Part shown: positions 59,404 to 64,000 of the stretch, piece after piece
Layout: each line of letters begins with the position of its first letter
How positions within the stretch are numbered: the first letter of the stretch is position 1
Source: Candidatus Omnitrophota bacterium
GTDB taxonomy: Bacteria > Omnitrophota > Gorgyraeia > Zapsychrales > JANLHA01
Assembly (NCBI GenBank): GCA_031423615.1
Contig: JANPFV010000015.1
Location: 14,666-78,665 of the forward strand
Direction: 5' to 3'
DNA: 64,000 nt
Notes under the pieces: generated by a model
Databases searched by the model: none
What the model was told of the DNA's origin: nothing
The model's input: only the letters and a program-made list of their open reading frames with translations
Position numbers and translations under genes: made by a program

Positions 59404-61424
59404 TAGAACCCATTTTAAGAATTCCTCTGCAAACGCCAGAACATTTCCTTTCAAAAGAATGGCTGATTACAAATGGTCTCGGGGGGTATGCGTCCGGATC
59501 GCTGGCGGGGATCAATACCCGTCGCCATCACGGAATTTTTATTCCCAATTTGCCGGCCCCGCGGGGCCGTACCATGATGCTTCCTTATTTGGATGAAAAG
59601 GTCCGGATTGCGGATCATGATATTTCTTTGGGAGGAATTGAATTCGGCAATCATCAGGTTGAAGCCTCGGGTTATCCCTATTTAAAAGATTTTTGTTTAG
59701 ATTGGCAGACGCCGGTATGGACATTTGATATCAATGGTCAGATTTTAGAAAAAAAGATTTTTATGCCGTATGGACAGAATACCGTCTATGTGTCCTATCG
59801 TTTAATCCAGGGAAGCGTTCTCGATATGCGGTTAAGCCCTTATTGCGGCTGTCGTAAACACGACAGCACATTAGGTTATCCCCAGACATGGCCCTTTGCC
59901 GTGAGCCATCAAGACAACCATTATGAAGTGGCGGCTTTTGAAGGCGCCCCGCTTTTAAGGCTGACCTTAAAACCCTTTCACGGAAATTTTAAGTCCCAGA
60001 GCCAGGTCATTAAGGATGTTTTCTATCGTCGGGAATTTGAACGCGGCCTTGACCATACGGAAAATATTTTAAGTCCCGGCTCTTTCTCTTTTCAGATACA
60101 CGAAGGAGAAACGGTTTTTTTCCTGGCCAGCACGGAAGACTGGGAGTCTCTGCAAGACGATCCGTCCGGCATTTTTGAAACCGAATTTCAACGCCGGCAA
60201 AAATTATTGTCGCTGGCTACGGGGGCAGAAAATCATTTGGTCACGGCCCAGCTCACCTTGGCCGCCGATCAGTTTATTGTTTTGCCCCGCACCCGCAACC
60301 AAAAAGATGTGGTCATCGACTCGTCGGTGGAACGCGTGCGTACCGTCATTGCCGGTTATCACTGGTTTACGGACTGGGGCCGCGATACCATGATTAGCTT
60401 GGAGGGGCTGACCTTATGCACCGGCCGGCACGAAGAAGCCAAGGCGATTCTAAAAACATTCGGCCATTATGTGCGAAATGGACTTTTGCCCAATCATTTT
60501 CCCGAAGGAGAGCGCTACGCTATCTACAATACGGTTGATGCGACGTTCTGGTATTTCCACGCGATAGACCGGTATTTTCAAGTTACGGGAGACAAAGAAA
60601 CTTTGGAATCTCTTTTTCCGGTTCTTAAATTGATTATTGAATCGCATATGCGCGGGACCGATTTCGGGATTCATATGGATCCTGAAGACGGTTTGATCAG
60701 TGCGGCGGCGGAAGGTTTTCAGCTGACGTGGATGGACGCCAAAGTGGATGAGTGGGTGGTTACTCCCCGTCGGGGAAAACCGGTCGAAATCCAGGGCCTG
60801 TGGTTTAATGCGCTTAAGCTGATGGAAACCTGGAGTCAGCTTTTAGAAAAACCGGATGAGCTTTATTTCGATTTATCAAAAAAAGTTTTTGAGTCTTTCA
60901 ATCAACGCTTCTGGTATGAAAAAGGCGGGTATTTGTTTGATGTTGTGGATACCGAAAGGGGCTCTGATGATTCTTTGCGCCCGAATCAAATCATGGCCCT
61001 GTCTTTGCGTTTTCCTGTCTTGGATCAAAAATTCTGGAAACCTGTTATAGATGTCATCGAGAAAAAGTTGCTGACACCTTTGGGATTGCGAACACTTGAC
61101 CCGCTGGATAAACGATATCATGGTCGTTATACCGGAAGCCGCTGGGACCGCGACGCCGCGTATCATCAGGGTTTGGTCTGGACTTGGCTGATCGGTCCTT
61201 TTTTTGATGCGTATAAAAAGATTTACCAAGACCCGCATAAGATCGAAGACCTTTTAAAATATTTTTCCTTGCATTTGCAAGAAGCCGGGATTGGGACCAT
61301 CAACGAGATTTTTGACGGCGACGATCCTCACGCGCCGCGTGGATGTATCGCCCAGGCCTGGAGTGTCGCCGAAGTTTTACGCTGTTATATGAATCTTAAC
61401 AATGATCGAAAGAATGGAAAATAA
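59400..61424 (+). CDS. Amylo-alpha-1,6-glucosidase (glycogen debranching enzyme family)
   Basis: EWLITNGLGGYASG, AGYHWFTDWGRD, TWMDAK, QAWSVAE. Confidence 0.92.
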   Translation: MIEPILRIPLQTPEHFLSKEWLITNGLGGYASGSLAGINTRRHHGIFIPNLPAPRGRTMMLPYLDEKVRIADHDISLGGIEFGNHQVEASGYPYLKDFCLDWQTPVWTFDINGQILEKKIFMPYGQNTVYVSYRLIQGSVLDMRLSPYCGCRKHDSTLGYPQTWPFAVSHQDNHYEVAAFEGAPLLRLTLKPFHGNFKSQSQVIKDVFYRREFERGLDHTENILSPGSFSFQIHEGETVFFLASTEDWESLQDDPSGIFETEFQRRQKLLSLATGAENHLVTAQLTLAADQFIVLPRTRNQKDVVIDSSVERVRTVIAGYHWFTDWGRDTMISLEGLTLCTGRHEEAKAILKTFGHYVRNGLLPNHFPEGERYAIYNTVDATFWYFHAIDRYFQVTGDKETLESLFPVLKLIIESHMRGTDFGIHMDPEDGLISAAAEGFQLTWMDAKVDEWVVTPRRGKPVEIQGLWFNALKLMETWSQLLEKPDELYFDLSKKVFESFNQRFWYEKGGYLFDVVDTERGSDDSLRPNQIMALSLRFPVLDQKFWKPVIDVIEKKLLTPLGLRTLDPLDKRYHGRYTGSRWDRDAAYHQGLVWTWLIGPFFDAYKKIYQDPHKIEDLLKYFSLHLQEAGIGTINEIFDGDDPHAPRGCIAQAWSVAEVLRCYMNLNNDRKNGK

Positions 61425-63522
61425 TACAATGTCATCTAGGAGTAAGGAAATATCGAAAGGTTCCGCCGAGAAATTAGGAGCGGTGCTTACTCCACAAGGA
61501 GTCAATTTCGCTTTATATTCAAAGTATGCCAAAGAAGTTTTTCTATTATTGTTTGATAGGACAGACGGAGATCCAACCGATGTCATTCCGGTTGAAAATA
61601 AAACGGAAGATGTTTGGCATATTTTTATTCCGGGCCTTAAGGCCGGGCAGTTGTACGGTTATAAAGTTGGCGGTGACTACAATCCCAAAGAAGGATTGCG
61701 CTTTAATCCTCACAAACTTTTGGTTGACCCCTACGCTAGGGCTATAACACCGTTTCTTCATAAAGAGAACTTGCTGTATGCGTATGACGTGAATGCAGAA
61801 AATAAAGATCTGGTCATGGATACCCGCGACAACAGCCGTGTTGCGGCCAAATGTGTTGTGATCGACGACACTTTCGACTGGGGTGCTGACAAAAAGCCGG
61901 CCATTAAAAAAGAGGACCTCATTATTTATGAAATCCATTTGCGCGGCTTTACCGCCAGTCCTTCATCCGGCGTCAAGAAGGCCGGGACCTATCAGGGTTT
62001 TAGCGAAAAAATTTCCTATCTTAAAGATTTGGGAATTAACGCCGTTGAATTGTTGCCGATCCAGGAGTTTTATGTGCAGGATTATATAATTAAAAAGGGC
62101 TTAACGAATTATTGGGGTTATGACACAATTGGTTTTTTTACGCCCACTTCGCATTACAGCGCGGAGGAAAAACCCGGCTCGCAAGTTAACGAATTTAAAA
62201 ATCTCGTCAAGGAATTGCACAAATCCGGGATCGAAGTGATTTTGGATGTGGTTTACAATCATACGGCTGAAGGCAATGGTTTGGGTCCGACATTGTGTTT
62301 CAAGGGAATTGATAATCCGACGTATTATTATCTCGCTCGGGCAGGGGAAGACGAACCCTATCGGGCTTACCGCGATGATACGGGTTGCGGAAATACGTTT
62401 AATGTCGAGAATCCGGCCGTCATGAAACTGGTTCTGGATTCTCTTTCGTATTGGGTCGAAGAAATGCATGTCGACGGGTTCCGCTTTGATCTTGCGACCG
62501 TGTTGGGGCATAAAGAGGGAGAATTTAATAAGGAAGCGCCGTTTTTTAAAGCCATTGCCGACCATCCGGTTTTAAAGGAGGTCAAACTGATCGCCGAACC
62601 GTGGGATATTAAGACCTATCAAATCGGAAATTTTCCTAAAGGATGGATGGAGTGGAACGGAAAGTTTCGTGATACAGTGCGAAGATTTGTTAAAGGTGAT
62701 GAAGGCCAGGGGTCAGAGCTTCCCAAACGTTTTATGGGTTCTGACGATATTTATGGGGCCAAGGAACGCGATGTTTATGAGAGCATCAATTTTGTGACCT
62801 GCCACGACGGCTTTACGCTCCATGATCTATTTTCTTACAATCAGAAGCATAACGAAGGTAACCAGGAGGAAAACCGCGACGGGACCGATGACAATAGCTC
62901 CTGGAATTGCGGCGCGGAAGGGGAAGTGACAGATGAGGCCATTTTGAAACTGCGTCGACAAATGATCAAAAATGCTTTTTGCTATTTGTTTTTTTCGTTT
63001 GGAACGCCCATGGTTTTAGGCGGGGATGAGGTGATGCGCACACAAAAAGGAAACAATAATACGTGGTGTCAAGACAATGATTTGAATTGGTTTGATTGGG
63101 ACTTAGTCCAAAAGAACGCGGAGGTCCTTGAGTTTTTTAAGAAGGCCATTCTTTTTAGAAAACAATATCCTCTTTTAGGACGTCAAAAGCCAAATCCGCA
63201 GATTGAGTGGTTTGACATGAGTTTGAACACGCCTCCTAAATGGGATGACCCGACGCTGAAAACACTATGCTTTCACATGAAGTCGTCGGTGGAAGATCGA
63301 GAAGTTACTCCGAGTTTTTTCTTCATTTTCAATTCTCATTCTGAGGCGTGTCACGTACGTCTGCCTCAACATGAAAATATAACGTGGCATGAATGTGTGG
63401 ATACGTCGCGTTCGGCAAACGAGGATTTCTTTATCAATGGAGAAGAATCAGCGAGGAGCCCTCAGGACCAAAGGGAATGCCATGGCCGCAGTGTGGTCAT
63501 CCTTATGGGAAAGAAGAAATGA
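61414..63522 (+). CDS. glgX: Glycogen debranching enzyme (isoamylase)
   Basis: GVNFALYS, NYWGYD, DVVYNHT, DGFRFDLA, AEPWD, CHDGFTL; start codon uncertain (61402/61414/61429). Confidence 0.92.
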   Translation: MENNTMSSRSKEISKGSAEKLGAVLTPQGVNFALYSKYAKEVFLLLFDRTDGDPTDVIPVENKTEDVWHIFIPGLKAGQLYGYKVGGDYNPKEGLRFNPHKLLVDPYARAITPFLHKENLLYAYDVNAENKDLVMDTRDNSRVAAKCVVIDDTFDWGADKKPAIKKEDLIIYEIHLRGFTASPSSGVKKAGTYQGFSEKISYLKDLGINAVELLPIQEFYVQDYIIKKGLTNYWGYDTIGFFTPTSHYSAEEKPGSQVNEFKNLVKELHKSGIEVILDVVYNHTAEGNGLGPTLCFKGIDNPTYYYLARAGEDEPYRAYRDDTGCGNTFNVENPAVMKLVLDSLSYWVEEMHVDGFRFDLATVLGHKEGEFNKEAPFFKAIADHPVLKEVKLIAEPWDIKTYQIGNFPKGWMEWNGKFRDTVRRFVKGDEGQGSELPKRFMGSDDIYGAKERDVYESINFVTCHDGFTLHDLFSYNQKHNEGNQEENRDGTDDNSSWNCGAEGEVTDEAILKLRRQMIKNAFCYLFFSFGTPMVLGGDEVMRTQKGNNNTWCQDNDLNWFDWDLVQKNAEVLEFFKKAILFRKQYPLLGRQKPNPQIEWFDMSLNTPPKWDDPTLKTLCFHMKSSVEDREVTPSFFFIFNSHSEACHVRLPQHENITWHECVDTSRSANEDFFINGEESARSPQDQRECHGRSVVILMGKKK

Positions 63523-64000
63523 AAATTCCTTGGGCAACCTACCGGTTGCAATTGTGCCCGGCTTTTGGTTTTGGAGAAACGGAAAAAATCCTTGATTATT
63601 TATCTGATCTGGGCATTTCTGATATTTATGCCGCACCTATTTTAAAACCTGTCAAAGGATGCCCCCATGGATATGATGTCGTTGATCATTCCTTGATCAA
63701 TCCCGAATTGGGCGGATTGGAAGGCTTTGAGCGTTTGAGCCAAGCGGCCCAGAGGAAAGGTCTGGGATGGATTCAAGACATTGTCCCTAATCACATGGCT
63801 TACAGCAGTGAAAATAAAATGCTCATGGATGTTTTTGAGAACGGTCCTTTGTCGTCTTATGCCAAATATTTTGATTTTCAATTTGATCATCCCTGCGAAA
63901 ACTTAAAAAATAAAATTCTCGCTCCTTTCCTCGGAGAATTTTATGGTCATTGTCTGGAAGAGAACCAAATCCAGATCATTTATAACGAGAAAGGATTTTT
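63519..64000 (+). CDS. treY: Malto-oligosyltrehalose synthase, 3'-truncated by the window edge
   Basis: MKIPWATYRLQ...HGYDVVD...INPELGG...QDIVPNHM; ATG overlaps the glgX stop. Confidence 0.9.
   Translation, partial: MKIPWATYRLQLCPAFGFGETEKILDYLSDLGISDIYAAPILKPVKGCPHGYDVVDHSLINPELGGLEGFERLSQAAQRKGLGWIQDIVPNHMAYSSENKMLMDVFENGPLSSYAKYFDFQFDHPCENLKNKILAPFLGEFYGHCLEENQIQIIYNEKGF

Noticed and set aside
1-64000. tRNA, rRNA, tmRNA, IS elements, integrase
   Set aside because: None recognised by eye; any integrase of the left-hand island would lie outside the window.

Overview
Bacterial chromosomal window, almost entirely coding. The gene content is reminiscent of Candidatus Omnitrophota, but that is inference only. 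Left to right: (1) 1-1500, the probable right end of an integrated element, with three hypothetical genes, an orphan 3' fragment of GAPDH (WYDNEWGYS...) and a terminator. (2) An exported rhodanese-like protein plus OmpR-type two-component system and a TrmH methylase. (3) Housekeeping operon: amidase-murI-queD-queC-queE-queF-rph-rdgB. (4) A large AsmA-like gene on the minus strand. (5) A ~22 kb nucleotide-sugar/glycosylation cluster with branched-chain-sugar-type TPP enzymes, methyltransferases, GT2/GT9 and polytopic membrane proteins. (6) The most unusual part, 36.1-50 kb: an enediyne-type iterative PKS (KS-AT-ACP-KR-DH-PPTase) with an N-terminal HTH-like segment and two fused C-terminal E10-like hot-dog thioesterases, with no recognisable enediyne E3/E4/E5 genes. 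It is directly followed by a multi-TM/GAF histidine kinase, five receiver domains without DNA-binding outputs, DHp-like proteins, and a divergent XRE-cupin regulator with a palindromic operator array and small unannotated ORFs. This is a candidate polyketide-signal (quorum-sensing-like) system. (7) YciF, a tiny Zn-finger ORF, Lhr helicase, UDG, MscS and a glycogen/trehalose operon (treZ, debranching enzyme, glgX, partial treY). No tRNA, rRNA, CRISPR array or transposase was recognised. All calls are from motif reading; no database searches were run.
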